DNA of 64,000 nt from Octopus vulgaris. Lineage: Eukaryota. The stretch spans positions 65,534,001-65,598,000 of the forward strand of contig OX597818.1 in NCBI GenBank assembly GCA_951406725.2, written 5' to 3'. The notes under the pieces were generated by a model. It was not told where the DNA came from. It saw only the letters and a list, made by a program, of their open reading frames with translations, and searched no databases. Both the position numbers and the translations under genes were made by a program. Positions 13,821-27,747 of the stretch are shown here, in pieces (position 1 is the first letter of the stretch; each line of letters starts with the position of its first letter).

Positions 13821-14055
13821 GTTGCACTAGTAGTCACTCGGTAAACATTTTCAAGTAAATAAACTGGTATAACCAAAACCCCAAAAAATACACTCACGGA
13901 CACAATGCGCCGGTCGGACCGGCAATGGGTCGATCGATATTCCGGTCATGATGCCAGCCCTAAATAAACTAGTTGTGAATCTGCTGTCAAAAATATATCA
14001 GTTAGACATTTTCTGCTTGATTTCTTGCTTCAGAGAAATATAATGTTTATGTAAG
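13821..14055 (+). promoter_or_regulatory. Candidate promoter-proximal region or non-coding first exon
   Basis: Unique, CpG-retaining sequence directly after the GA tract, a 20-codon micro-ORF (13905-13967) and a GTAAGA donor-like site at 14051. Circumstantial only. Confidence 0.2.
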
Positions 14056-15396
14056 ATACACATTCCGACGCCCGTTGATGTCTAACGGTATCACGAGTTC
14101 ACTACCAACCACGCTCTAATATGACCATTTTTCGTCACTGCTATTGGAAATACTGTGTTTGTTCCAGTCAACCGACCGTTTGAGCAAAAATCGTTTTGCG
14201 CAGCAGAAGCATGATTTACATCGAAATATTTATTGCGTTTCTGCTTTAGATCAGTAATTGGTTTAAATTGCAAGCCCGAGGAATTCCTTCCTCTTAAAAG
14301 TTGTGTTGTAGAATCTTTCTATATCGACATCTACGCTGAAGGACATATCACACTTTTGCATACGATCTGAATAAAAACTACTCTAGTCCGTAACAAATCA
14401 GTGTGAAGTTTACAAGTCAACATCTAAGGGAAAAATTTTGCTATTACTAGAACTGATTTTGGCGCTTATGGATGCATGACAAGAATCCAGAAAGAAAGTT
14501 AGATGAGAATTCTTGTGTATAGACTGCACAAAACCACCCAGGATCGAATCGAAAGAGTCAACGGTAGGTTCTTTCAAAGATGTAGAATAAAAAAGATCTG
14601 TTCGTAAGACGAATGATTCATACCGAGTTTTCAGGATTGTCGTCATCTGTTCAAGTTATTTAGGGTGTTCAGGCTCCGGTGGATTTGGCTATAGAATACA
14701 ATTAAGGATTTTGTACTTCTCCCTAGCGTTAAAAAGTTTTACCTGCTCTCGGTTAATTACTTAATTCTTTGGCACCGAAGAGGATCCTTTGCTATGATAC
14801 ATTTTGAAATGGAAATTTTCTGATGGGAAATATGATATTTCGAGGGATACTCGCTACATTATTCATACTGTCTAATACATTTTACAATAAACTTCAGACA
14901 GTTAGAGAGTAGTTTGAGGTATGCATGTATAAAGTTTATGGAAATTGTTTGACATTTCAAACTGACCTTTGTTTATCATATTCAAATATAAACTTCGTGA
15001 CATATAAATACAATAGAGCTTTGACTATTGAATTATATGAGCAGTAACATAATACGTCTAGCTCTAGTCTGTGTTTAATATCATCTATATCTCCACACAT
15101 ACTCATACACATACCTCGGTATATTAATGTATGTATGTATATATATATATATATATATATACATGCACACTCACACACACACATATATACATATGTATAT
15201 ATACAGACAAATACATGTATATCTATGTATGCCTGATCAGTAGTTTCTTCCTATATATTTACTCGTATATCTATATTTACGCCCATGCATGCGTAAAATA
15301 TAATGATATAGATACACACACCCCTTTTTAACGAATAAGTAGGCATGATGAAGCAATATTTTTAATAGGAATAGTGTATGAGTTATTGACAAACAT

Positions 15397-15752
15397 CGTC
15401 GGCACTCTGTCGGTTACGACGGCGAGGGTTCCAGTTGATCCGCTCAATGGAACAGCCTGCTCGTGAAGCTAACGTGCAAATAGTTTAGCGTTCCACAGAC
15501 TGGTGTACCCTTAACGTAGTTCTCGGGGAGGTTCAACGTAACACACTGTATGACAAGGCTGGCTCTCTGAAGTACAGGTACAACGGAATCAAAGAGTGAG
15601 AGAAAGTTATGGTCAAAGTGTACAACATGATTTGCCACCAGCCCCCGCCGGAGCCTTGTAGAGCTTTACGTGTTTTCGCTCAGTCAGCACTTACAAAGCC
15701 CGGTGTGGGAATTGAAACCGCGATCTCCCGACCGCAAATCCGCTGCCCTAGC
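15397..15752 (-). mobile_element. tRNA-derived SINE family C (head type 2)
   Basis: B-box GGTTTCAATTCCC on minus; tail homologous to 59684-59870 and 60325-60510; head homologous to 60510-60681. Confidence 0.85.
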
Positions 15753-15936
15753 AAACACAAGGGTGCCCGCGCGCACACTCACACAAACACATGCATAATT
15801 GTGTGTGCGTGCGGACACATATAGGCCGGATTTCCTCCATTAACTCTCTGCCAAATCTACTTCCAAGCCCTTGGTAGGCCCGTGTCATTGGGAATCAAAT
15901 TCCTTACCACCCAGCCACACCAGCGCTATATATGAT

Positions 15937-16308
15937 AATTACCTCCACCTTAGCGAAAATGGATGCATTGCTTCAGTCGTGTTTGTTTGTTTTGTTTGAC
16001 CGCGGAAAAGATATCTCAAGAACCACTGGATGGATTCGGATGAAACTTTCAGGAAGGTTTGGTCTCGTAAACAGCACAAACTAGTTACATCTTGGGATAG
16101 ATCAAGCATAGGATAACGATTCTGGGTGATAACCCCTGTTTTATTTTAACTTAAATTTTGATATCGGTCGGGATCATTTTTAGTATTCTCATTTGTGAGA
16201 GCAGTCGAGTTGATTTACGATATTCTCATTTTCAAAATCATATCTGGCTAATCTTTGAGAGGACGGTTGCTTTGGCTGGTTTTGCGCTCTCTGAATGATC
16301 TCGGTATA
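15937..16308 (+). mobile_element. Non-autonomous Helentron-associated (HINE/DINE-1-like) element, diverged
   Basis: 5' TTACCTCCACC, (GTTT)n tract, ACTGGATGGATTCGGATGAAACTTT, and 3' GGCTGGTTTTGCGCTCTCTGAATGATCTC matching the subterminal-IR plus hairpin pattern of this group. Confidence 0.6.
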
Positions 16309-17131
16309 TTTTATTTTCTATCAAATTTTTAAGGCCTTACACGAAAGTATGAGAGGAAAAGTATTTGCAATCGAAAAATATGTATTGCATCACAAAAAAT
16401 ATCTCATTTGAATAATTCCTCGCTGTGATTTTCTCCCCCTACCCTCACCCTCCTTAATTCATTCATTCAAGATATTTCATGCTTTCTTTTTCAAGAACAC
16501 CTTGATGAATTCGTGATAAGACAAATCTTTTGAGAATATGAAGATTGAATTGGAAGTTTAGTAAAAAATAATAGACATGATGGGCTGAAATATCTGAATA
16601 TTCCATATAAGTTGCCTTTATCAAACTGATTGGTGCAAAGATCAAACTAATCATAGCATGACTGCTGATCAAAATATAAGGAACACTGTAAAGACTATGC
16701 GATCTGACATAGGCATCAAGAATCCCATGGTACCCAAAACCATATGTTTTTGGATGTAACTTTTCCGATGCCATAACCACTCATATTGGAACAGAGCATT
16801 TTTGTGAGAGCTATGTGAAACTGCTGGAGGCCATATTCGAAACCAGGGTGAAAAATGTTGCTGCTTGACAGCCACGGTAGTTATAGGATCTGGGTTCCTT
16901 GAATACATCCTCAAAAGATTAGAATTCGCTGTGAGAGTTTGTTAATGACTTCACCAGCCACAACAATCACCTTATTAATTCCTCCGATACCGGCATGCGG
17001 TTGATAAAAAAATCAGACACCTTGCAAAAGTAGTAATTTGAAGATTTTCGTCGCGACACAGTAATTAACACATGAATCTTGACCGATGTTTCGGACACGT
17101 CATGAAGGACGTGCTGGAAGCTCAGGGAATG

Positions 17132-17172
<41 letters not shown>

Positions 17173-17206
17173 TTAAATATAAGAATAAATTTACGTTTAA
17201 TTATAT

Positions 17207-17266
<60 letters not shown>

Positions 17267-17620
17267 ACTTATGTGTGTGTGTATATATGAGGTATGAATT
17301 AGAGGTGTTAAGCCTTCTAAGGAAGAGAACAATCCGGAGGCACACCTAGTAATTATCTCAGTATGATCCTTGCTATAAGGTTTATGGCAGCAGGAAATTT
17401 AAGAGGTAAACCGTAGTTTAATGTATATATAGAAGATTTTATTTTTTTTCCTCCACTTTCTTTTCGTCTATATATATGTATATATATACATATATGTATG
17501 TATATGTATATATATGTATATGTGTATATATATACATATATATATGCACATTCATTTTTACATATATATTTATACATATACATTTCTCTCGCTCTCTCTC
17601 TCTGTTTGTATGTATGTATG

Positions 17621-17677
<57 letters not shown>

Positions 17678-17678
17678 A

Positions 17679-17719
<41 letters not shown>

Positions 17720-18404
17720 GATTACTATAGGCAAACTACCGCTTAGAGATACCCCACTGCGTGGTGCTGTTTCTAGCAACCATAACGATTATAAACTTTA
17801 CAACTATTCATGATTTAAACCATATATTGATTTATGTGTCTTCTTGCAGTTTGATGTTATTTATGCTTTCATATAGTATTCATCCCCGCTCTTCTCTTTT
17901 ACTGTCGGACCTTTGCATAAAAATCTGCATTAATCTAATGATGTTGACAGGACGTTTTATGTATTTATTCTCAAATACTTCTGCTCTGTCTGGTTTGTTT
18001 TCTTGGTTGCAATCTATGCTTTATCCATCTTAATGCTAATATCTCCATCTTTTTACAACTCCAATAATTCAATGCTTATTTACTAGCCAATTGGCAGTCT
18101 AATCTTGATCTTCATAGCATCTCAATCCTTTATAAATCTTTGTATATTAGTCTCTCAGACACATATGCCCAGCCAAACACTACACTGATACATCCTCTGC
18201 GGTAATAAAATAGTAAAAGACAAGTTCTATAATGAGGGAAACAGACTTTTGGAAGTTTGGCTTGTGTAATTGATTATTTCGTATATTCACTATTTTGCTT
18301 TAAAATAGTTCCCATAGATTTTCAAAATGGAATACACAATGCCTATAGACACATATGCATACGCACACATACAGACAAACAGACGCGCGCGCACACACAC
18401 ACAT

Positions 18405-18595
18405 GTACCGTGATTGATCGCTAGCTACAAAAGATTTAAACAATTTTCTCTGTTTACTTCCTCGTGTACCCTTTCTGTTGAAGAACGTAAACTAGAAACA
18501 TTGATGAGTTTTTCACCTTCCCTAGCGGTAAACTAATACACCTGTTTGTTTATACACCTGTCTTCGTCTTCTGTTTTTAGTGCAAATTTCAAACA
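18405..18595 (+). mobile_element. Short repeat with hammerhead-like CTGTTGA..GAAAC motif; homologue at 63335-63480 (-)
   Basis: CTGTTGAAGAACGTAAACTAGAAAC (18475-18499) vs CTGTTGAAGAACGTAGGCTCGAAAC (63454-63430); flanking similarity; both abut microsatellites. Confidence 0.6.
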
Positions 18596-19073
18596 TATAT
18601 ATATATATATACATACATATAAATGTAACCGGTTTCATAATTGATTTTCGTAAGTGTATGTTAAATGAAACTAGATCGTAAATCGTGTCTTCTTTTAACG
18701 TTGTTTTGAACCCATTTGTTCTTATATAATAATCATACAAAAAATGTTGCTCCGAAAACAGTCAAGTATTTGCTTGTGGACAGTCAGATATTGATTTAAG
18801 GGATCATTTCGGAATATTTTCTTCTACATTCATGTATAAAAGTGATGCTACAGCCGCCCGAGAAGGTCATCACAGGGCTTTCGTCCAACAGATGTCATAT
18901 TACAATTAGAGTCATAGTTATGTATTGTGAAAATCATATCCGGATCTGGAGTCATATGTATTACATCATGTCATATATATTGTTCGTTAAACACCTGTAT
19001 ATTTGTTCCTCCACACAGAGAATGATTTATATTTACACGTCTGTATATCTACTTGAACACTTCTGCAATGTAT

Positions 19074-19126
<53 letters not shown>

Positions 19127-19134
19127 CAACAATT

Positions 19135-19255
19135 GAGGGTAAAATTAATTAATTATTAATTATTATTATTATTATTTTGTTTTTTTTGGCTGCTATTTCT
19201 AATGAGTTCAGTATGTGGCAAAGTAATTTATTTTACTAAAGCCCTTTATAAAATG

Positions 19256-19256
<1 letters not shown>
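19135..19256 (+). mobile_element. Short remnant related to the 27-kb fold-back element
   Basis: AGGGTAAAATTAAT start and TTTTGGCTGCTATTTCTAA..GTATGTGGCAAAG match about 26990-27004 and 27830-27870; (TA)n on both sides. Confidence 0.6.
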
Positions 19257-19332
<76 letters not shown>

Positions 19333-20757
19333 CACGACAGATTGTGTGAGAGAAAAATGTAAATGAAATATTCGCATTCAGATTAAATGACACAAGTGCC
19401 ATTCAATATCTCTGTTGCATAAAAAAAAATGATTCCTGGGTTTTATACACACCGAAATTGAAAGTCAAATATATTCGATGTATAAATAAAACGTAAAAGA
19501 TTTAATGAATAAAACGTAAAAATGTATAAATAAAACTAGAGATAAAATGTAAAAGTTAGAAAAGTTTCTCTTCAGGTTTGTGATGTACAGATCAACTTAA
19601 TGTGATTTGTATTCATTCCCAATTACGTAGGTGGTTTTTTAGTACTCCTCCGAGTAATTAAATTCTCACGTCATAAAACTGACTCTTCATCCTGTACTTC
19701 AAAGAAAATGTTCCTGGCTTTGAATTATCGAGAATTATTTACATTTTATGGCGTGGCTTGAATGAAGTGTGTCTCTTATTTGGTACAGAATGGATGTCCA
19801 AGCAGAGGATATCCGGTTGAATCTTTGCCAGTTTACAATCTCCAAATGCAGAATAAACTAGAAGTTATTAAATATATGCTTAAATATTCATAGATATTGT
19901 ATTTTGTTGCAAGTGTATATGTTTGGAGGTTGTCAAATTCAATGTAACAATAAGAAAATTACAATGTAATATGTTACATCTAATGTGTTGATAATACATC
20001 TGCTTCACCCTACATAATGACATCTCTCTTAGACAACTTGTCTCCATTGTGTCTCCATAAAATACTGTGCACAACTGAGTAATAAAAATTACAGACAGAG
20101 ACCTTGTCTGAAATGCATATTTTTTACTGTCGACAGGAACTTTTCTTTATCCTAGACAATATTAAGCTTCTGTCTTTTGTTCCATTTCTTCATTAATTCA
20201 GCTTACTTATGATCGCCATCCGAAATATTACTAAATATTTCCGCTGTTGACAGAGCACTTTATTCGGATCTATTTCTAATAAGACTAGGAAATGTTGCTC
20301 TATAATTCCATATCCCTGTGTATGATTACAGAAGTGCGACAGGAGATATCTTCCTTATTAAAGCCTAAGCTTTCGTGGAAAGATATCTATTCTCCACAGT
20401 CAATATTTCGAGTGAGATGCACAAACGATTTAACACAAAGACTTACTTTCTTCCTTCAAGCTTGTTCGAATATTATTTCCCAAGAATTCTCAAATCTATA
20501 TTTAAATTCCCCAGCTAAATCATGCTCAGTTTTGTTCTTTTGTTTCAATCTCCAGAAAGCAAAGACATTGAAACCATTGGATTATCTCTAAATATAACGA
20601 AAGAAATATAGATACAATCTACAAATATTAGTACATCCTTCTACCATTGTTGCAATATCTCATCTCAGAACACTGGATATATTTTTCTATATATATCTGC
20701 ATTGAATAACTACGTGCAAACATACATACACACATACACACACATTTATATATATGT

Positions 20758-20818
<61 letters not shown>

Positions 20819-20824
20819 GTATAT

Positions 20825-22601
20825 CATCAGAGTGAGACGAAAGTAAAGGTGGATACACATTTTCCAGGTGTTGAAGAAATTCTGCTGTTGGTTTTAACAT
20901 CAAAACAGAAACAGCTTGATCCCTTATTTCCCTACCCATATGTGTTCCTGATCGCATCATGACAGTATCGTTGGAACTTTGTCAAAACATTCGTGCCAAC
21001 GCTTGTCAGTTGCTATGCCCCCAACCATGGCCAACACCGAGCAGGAAAAGGACAAAATTTAGAGCCAACTCCGCGATGTCATCTCCAGTGGTTTCCATAT
21101 TTTTATGGGCGACTTTATCGCTCGCGTTGTTACTGACTATCAGGCATGGGAGGGTGTTCTTGGTCGCCATCGTGTAGGTCGAATGAACTCCAGCGGTTTG
21201 CATGTGCTCTCCACCTACAGGAAATTCAGTCTAAGCATCACAAATACATTTTTTCAAAAATTTTTGCAAAACGCTTTGGATGAATCTTAGATATGAGGAT
21301 TGGCATCTCATAGACTACGTCATCATTAAGGAACGATTTATTACTGACTTTAACATTACACGTTCCTTTCCATAACACCTGCTATCTCTCTTATCATTGG
21401 CTTTCTGTAGAAATGGTACGTTCCAGCTGAAACAAACAAGATTACAAATGTCGTCTGTGCCTCAGCACATTAATGTTCTGCCTTTGAAAACGGTTGAAAA
21501 GAAGGCTGAGCTCTGTATCAAGTCGGGCACTGCATTCAACTCTGTGGATATCAATGATGGCACAGAATCATCTTGGAAGGCACTGGTTAATGCAACGCAA
21601 TATGCACTTGTAGAGGTTCTTGGAATTCTCGTTCGAAAACATCAAAATTGGTTCAAAGATAACCACACATGTCCAACAGTTGATAGATAAGATGCTCAGT
21701 TGTCACAAAACAATGATAAATGATAAGAGCTCATCCATAAATTAGAATGCCTGAAAGAAATGTAGAGACCAGCTCCAACGTGCTCTGAGACACGTGAAGG
21801 GGGATTGGTGGTCTTTCGAGGCAACTCATCTCCAAGAAGCTGCAGACAGAAAGGATTCAACAGCCTTTTATGATGACCTCAAGTAAGTGTCTGGGCCTCA
21901 AGAGCACAGTGTCACATCTATTACTTCTAATACACCAAAAACACTTGGTGTACCTGTCGGGATGTTGAATTTTATCATTTCCTTTCGTGAGGGAATGAAA
22001 GTTGTTGTCGTATCTGGTGGGGTTTCTTATGCATCCATCGACGTTACAAACCGCACAAAGCAAGGTTGTGTTATGGCCCCAATTTCGTCTGCACTCTGTT
22101 TTTCAGTGAGACTAAACTATGTTTTTGGTGACACTTTTAACCGGCAGGTATTAAGGAAGGCTCTGAAAAAGCTTCGTATACATGACGAGATTTTGAAAGT
22201 TATAATTCCCATGCGTTTGGGAATAAAAGCCGTTGTCGCGTTCGATGGGGTAACTTAGGCAAACTCCCTCATCGCCTATGTAACAAAAGGAGCATCAGCC
22301 TTGACCCCAATGTACAAGTCAACAAAGCATCCATTGGCTCAGAATCGTGGACGACAGAGGAACCAACTAGATATCTTACACATAGACAGTCTCTTTTACT
22401 TTTACTTGTTTCAGTCATTTGAGTGTGGCCCTGCTGGAGCACCGCCTTTAGTCGAGCAACTCGACCCCAGGAATTATTCTTTGTAAGTCTAGTACTTATT
22501 CTATCGGTCTCTTTTGCCGAACCGCTTATTTACGGGAACGTAAACACACCAGCATCGGTTGTCAAGCGATGTTGGGGGGAGAAACACATAAGCATATACA
22601 C

Positions 22602-22670
<69 letters not shown>

Positions 22671-23400
22671 TATACACATATATACGACGGGTTCTTTCAG
22701 TTTCCGTCTACCAAATCCACTCATAAGGCTTTGGTCGGCTCGAAACTATAGTAGAAAATACTTGCCCAAGGTGCCACGCAGTGGGACTGAAGCCGGAACC
22801 ATGTGGTTCGTAAGCAATCAACTTACCACACAGCCACTCATACGCCTTGGTGACAATCTGCAGTTATTCACGAAAAGACATAGCTTCTAATGCAGCGTTG
22901 TTTAGTAAGAGTAAGACTGATGGAATTGAGAGGTTCCTTATACAATCAGGATTTTACCGGGTTGGCCGTGCCGTCATAATTACAGACGAAAGAATACCCA
23001 AAGTCAACAGTCAGTGTGAAAGTGGACACAGGAATGTTGGGCGACCTTGGCTGAGATATATCGAGAAGCTGAAGTTGTCACAAAATAAGGTTAAATAATA
23101 AGAGCTCATCCAGGAAATAGAAAATCTGAAAGAAATGCAGTGACCAGCTCTTAGAAATGAAGATAGCTAACAACACATTTGAGCAAAAAAATTTCGAACA
23201 ATATGAAGATCGTTGTGTGGAAATGGTATTAAATTTTTTTGATGCAACCAGCATTAACAGGCTTCGGTGTGCAAGGCAAAGGGAAAAAAACGGCTGCAAA
23301 TATACCACCTGCATTGATCTGTAATCTTCATACTTGTAACATCTGTGGCCTTCTTTGCAAATCGCTTCTAGGACTTAAATGTCACTTTCGACACAAGAAT
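20825..23400 (+). pseudogene. Degenerate RTE-clade LINE (APE, partial RT, C-terminal C2H2-type finger), internally deleted and interrupted by a SINE
   Basis: LVSCYAPTMANTEQEKDK, MGDFIARV..WEGVLGRH..GRMNSSG, ITNTFFQ, WHLIDYVII, KQGCVMAP, DERIPK..GHRNVGRPWLRY, CNICGLLCKSLLGLKCHFRH; many stops and frameshifts. Confidence 0.88.
22390..22847 (-). mobile_element. SINE family A, full length, nested in the RTE remnant
   Basis: Colinear with 8244-8628; expanded internal (TA)n. Confidence 0.9.
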
Positions 23401-24029
23401 TATGACTGGCAAAAGAAAGAGTACATTGGCGCCTCACACGTCAAAAACCGACTGGAGAGTCCATCATGCATACATACATACGTATATATATATATATATA
23501 TATCTTATTATAATATCAGATTTTATCTGCCTCCCTTTGTCACTTATAGAAATCTACAATATAGGATTTCTTCAATTACAATTTACCTAGCATTTTTAAG
23601 AGTAGAATGCATCGGGTCATGCCAGGTCCAGTTTTTAAAATTTAAACACCAATTAAGCAAAATTTACAGAAAACTCACATTCTGGTGTGTATGTCAAATG
23701 CTTTTCTTAGTCTGGTTTACAGCACACGCAAACGCACACACACAGTGTGCAACGAATAAAGTGAAACTAATTCACTGTCTGTGTGTTGACAGGTAGACAA
23801 TAGAATGCGATGGCGATGGCGATGTAATATTTGTTTCTGTCTATCACGCTGATAGATACATGAGTAAAATGTATGGCAAGCTAAGAGATAAGAGTGAGTG
23901 AAAATGTTCTTGGAAGAGAGTAAATAGCGACAGAGTGATTTGAGGAAGACTAAACTGAAAGTATGAAACAGTGTTTATGTATAAACAGACGGCACTTATA
24001 TATAGTTATTAATAAATGTATGCATCCGT

Positions 24030-24300
24030 TTAACCCTTTCGTTACCAAACCGCCCGAATTTACCTATTCATATTTAAATGAGAATATCAGAGTAAATCTC
24101 TTTAGTACATTCGTGAAAACACGTATTATACTTCGTAAACACTTCAAATACAGTTTTGTACAAAAATCGAAGTGTAATTTTAATTCCGTGAATTATGGAA
24201 GATTTTTTTCCGAAATTTGTTCCTATTGTGTTTTCAAAATTTGTAATTCTGACAAAAAATGGATACGAATTTCATTATATCAAGCAGCGAGTCAGAATTC
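24030..24300 (+). mobile_element. Possible piggyBac-like MITE remnant
   Basis: Starts TTAA-CCCTTTCGTTACC (TTAA target plus CCC terminus); right end not found. Confidence 0.35.
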
Positions 24301-24328
24301 TATGACTCTATGACTGAAAAAAAAAGCA

Positions 24329-24724
24329 TCTTTATATAAGAGTGAAGTTGTGTGTCTGTCTCCTACGATTTAGATTCGTAACTACTCCCACATTTTGCGG
24401 TGCAGTTTAACCAAAAGCGGGTATCTTATAGTCGTGATTCATATCGAGCCCTTCTGGGTATTAGCGCGCGTCTACGATGAGTCTACGATTTAAAAAAAAA
24501 TTACCATCATATTTTTCCATTTTAATGCATTTCTTTCGCTTTTATATAAGGGAAGTAACTCTCTAAAAATATCTACGATGTGTCACCGATTAAAAAAAAA
24601 AATTACCTTAATTGTTTTTCAATTTTTAATTCATTTTTTTGCTATTTTTGGGCTATAACTCTCTAAAAATGCTTATATAGTTATTTCCCTTACAAACCCG
24701 AGCAACGCCGGGCGATACTGCTAG
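24329..24724 (+). mobile_element. Non-autonomous Helitron
   Basis: A|TC start (24329), subterminal hairpin CCCGAGCAACGCCGGG, CTAG|T end (24721-24724), no TSD; internal repeats of TCTACGAT and AACTCTCTAAAAAT. Confidence 0.85.
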
Positions 24725-24755
24725 TATATATATATATATACACGTATATATATAC

Positions 24756-24908
<153 letters not shown>

Positions 24909-24930
24909 TATGTGTGTATGTGTATATATA

Positions 24931-25406
24931 CTTTGATATTTTGATACTTTGATAGGTTTCGGCCATTATTGGCCCAGGCCATGTCTAACTTAATAGCACA
25001 ACCTGGTGAAGTCTTTCAAGTGAGAATTTGGGCACTACGGCCCACTCAAGTAGACAGTTATTGTTTACAGAGACATATCCGGGTGTAGGGGGTTTATTCG
25101 GGATTTCTTGAAGGAATCTGTCCAAAGACTTCTTGAACCCTATAGGGTCAGTATCTGTTTTAATGTGTTTTGGTGTAATGTTAAAGAGAGCGGGGCCAAT
25201 TGAGGTGAAATAATTGTGCCGTATTGTTGTTATGAGATGAGAGTGCGATTTTTGTTTTGGGCGGATGGCACGGGGCCCAAGCCTTGGATGTACCTTAAAG
25301 GTGATGCTAACATCATTTGGGCAATGCTGATGGAATATTTTCCACATCATGCAGATGATGTAGCGCTCACGACGACGTTGGAGAGAATAAAGTTTTAGCT
25401 TTTCTA
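24931..25406 (-). mobile_element. 5'-truncated CR1/L2-group LINE (ORF2 C-terminus, 3' UTR, (ATCAAAGT)n-like tail)
   Basis: EKLKLYSLQRRRERYIICMMWKIFHQHCPNDV identical to the 52881 ORF; shared 3' UTR GCTATTAAGTTAGACATGGCCTGGGCCAATA; lies within (TA)/(TACA) tracts. Confidence 0.95.
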
Positions 25407-25409
25407 TAT

Positions 25410-25456
<47 letters not shown>

Positions 25457-26859
25457 CATACATATATGTATATATATATATATGTATATAAGAATTTTTT
25501 TGCGTAATGAGATAAAACAAACAAGGCTGTGTAGATATTAGAACATTTATAGACACACGCATACACACACAAATACATATATCCATACATAAACGCATAT
25601 ATAGTGAGATGTAAGTACACATATATACACGCATAAAAAGCGCACATGTACAAACATATAGACACGCAGAGAAACAACAAGCTCACATAAACACGTTTTC
25701 ATTGATATATAACCAGAGAAATATACGTTTCACATTAACATGTGTGTATACAAGAAAAGAAGATATTGGTGTTGAGGAGAATTCCCCTGGATCTACAAGT
25801 ACTCCTTTTATTATCATTCTTGTAAATGTGATAATTTAAATGAAACATTTACCACCTCAAAATTATGTTCATCGATCAGTTCCCTAGATCACGCTACGCA
25901 GTTGATATTTGTAAAGACGAATCTCTCTTTCTTTGTGGGGGGTGGTAGACTGCACATAGAATCGAAAGTAAGTAGAACCGATTCCGAATATTGCGTTCGG
26001 TTCTTTGCTTTCTAAGACCATTTTGTTTCGAGTACACATGTACACTAATATATTATGCCAAACCCTGTGCCATACTTGTGTCCATTTCAGATGGAATATT
26101 GCGACCTGTTACTAATACCCCATGGACACTCTGCAAAAATGCTTTTGAGTCGTTGTTCCCGAGATAATAGTATCCAGGGCCTTTAGTTTCTGAATTTTAT
26201 AGCAAAGGTAAAATACTTTATATGTTACATGTTTTGAAACGTTATTTCATTTAAGGATGAAAACGTTCACCGTTATATTTATCTTCATATCTTATCTGTA
26301 CTCAGTTATACTTAAAATAATTCCCATGTACACACATATAAAGACTGGTACATATATTAGTCTACAAAGAAACCATGTTACAATGTTTCAATAATACAGT
26401 TTTCCTATGTGTATATTATAATTAAAAGCAGTTCAGGTATCTTTTCACTTATCGTACGTATTTCGAGCTAGGATATCTCTGAACGACTTTCAAGATGCAC
26501 GTATTTACCTTTGCAACGATAATAGCCTCGACCGGAATTGACATCCCGTCGAGAGATTTGTCAATATGAGTTCGTAGTTTCGGGCTTATTATTCCGTACT
26601 GAAAGATTTTTGTTTAAATAAAATTCATAGAGAAAAAAAAAAGCAACCAGATATTCCCTGTTATCTCTGAGAAGTAGATAAGATGAATGCTCAAAAGCAA
26701 TTGAATCAAAAGGTTTGAATATCAAACTGCATTATTGATGCAATACGCAGGTAGAGGAAGGAAGAAATTGAATATATAAATACCAAAATACTTGTAAAAA
26801 TTCCTTCTTAGATACACACAGACACATACACACATATATACATATACATATACATACAC

Positions 26860-26961
<102 letters not shown>

Positions 26962-27262
26962 ATATATGTGTATATATATATAATAACAAAGGGTAAAATT
27001 AATCAATTAAGAAGTAATCAATAATTTCACCAAGTAGAATTCGGTATGACAAAGGACCATTTCACGGTAAACTTAAGTAATACTTTATAATTAGGGTTCA
27101 GCAAAGATTTGCTTTACCACATACCGAAGTTTAGAAATGGCAGCCAAAAACCCTTAGCTATTTCTTCTGCTTAAAAAAGAGACTCCCAGAAAAACCAAAA
27201 TACTTGAAAACAATCCACGCAGGCAGAGAGGAAAAATAACGAAAATCAATCTGTATCTGGCC

Positions 27263-27348
27263 TCCCATGTACGCGCGTTTCGGAATTAGATCGGTATAAA
27301 GAATATAGAATCATACCCTACCCAACCATGTTCTTCAACAGCATGGGA
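27263..27348 (-). ncRNA. Type I hammerhead ribozyme motif (core variant CTGTTGA)
   Basis: Stem I TCCCATG/CATGGGA, CTGTTGA, long stem II region, GAAAC-GCGC-GTA with palindromic stem III ACGCGCGT. Confidence 0.7.
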
Positions 27349-27640
27349 CTCCAAAAATATTAAATATTAAAAATATTAAAAATATTAAATTCGAAGGCAC
27401 TGGAAGGATTGAACATATCTCACCACCTAACGGTATCAGACAGATCACATTCAGAGTTAGTATCGCCGAATTCAAAATATGAATGAGGTCCATCACCTCC
27501 CTCTGCCCATCCGCGTGTGTCGTCAAGTAAAATACTACAGAAAAATCTGCAGTTTGTTATCAGAGAGAAATTTCTGACACACGCGGATGGGCAGGGGAAG
27601 GTGATGAACACACTCGTATTTTGAATTCGGCGGTACTACC

Positions 27641-27747
27641 GGGCGAAAAGCTTAGCGGTATTTAATCTACGTTACGTTGTGAGTTCAAATTCCGCCGAGG
27701 TCGACTTTGCCTTTCATCCTTTCGGGGTCGATAAATTAAGTAAAATA
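27641..27747 (+). mobile_element. Truncated SINE family B with 9-bp TSD
   Basis: GGTACTACC at 27632-27640 and 27748-27756; B-box and core are well preserved. Confidence 0.9.

Noticed and set aside
16463-16990. Coding-like composition and two short minus-strand ORFs
   Set aside because: No recognisable domain or splice pattern; possibly decayed TE, needs tBLASTx.
17078-17130. Minus-strand hairpin CACGTC/GACGTG followed by GAAAC-ATCG-GTC
   Set aside because: Looks like a hammerhead 3' half but no CTGANGA core is present.
19560-20700. Possible decayed DNA-transposon coding sequence
   Set aside because: Could not recover any diagnostic motif by eye.
24985-25686. 233-aa ORF as a gene
   Set aside because: Fusion of microsatellite-derived sequence with the LINE C-terminal fragment.
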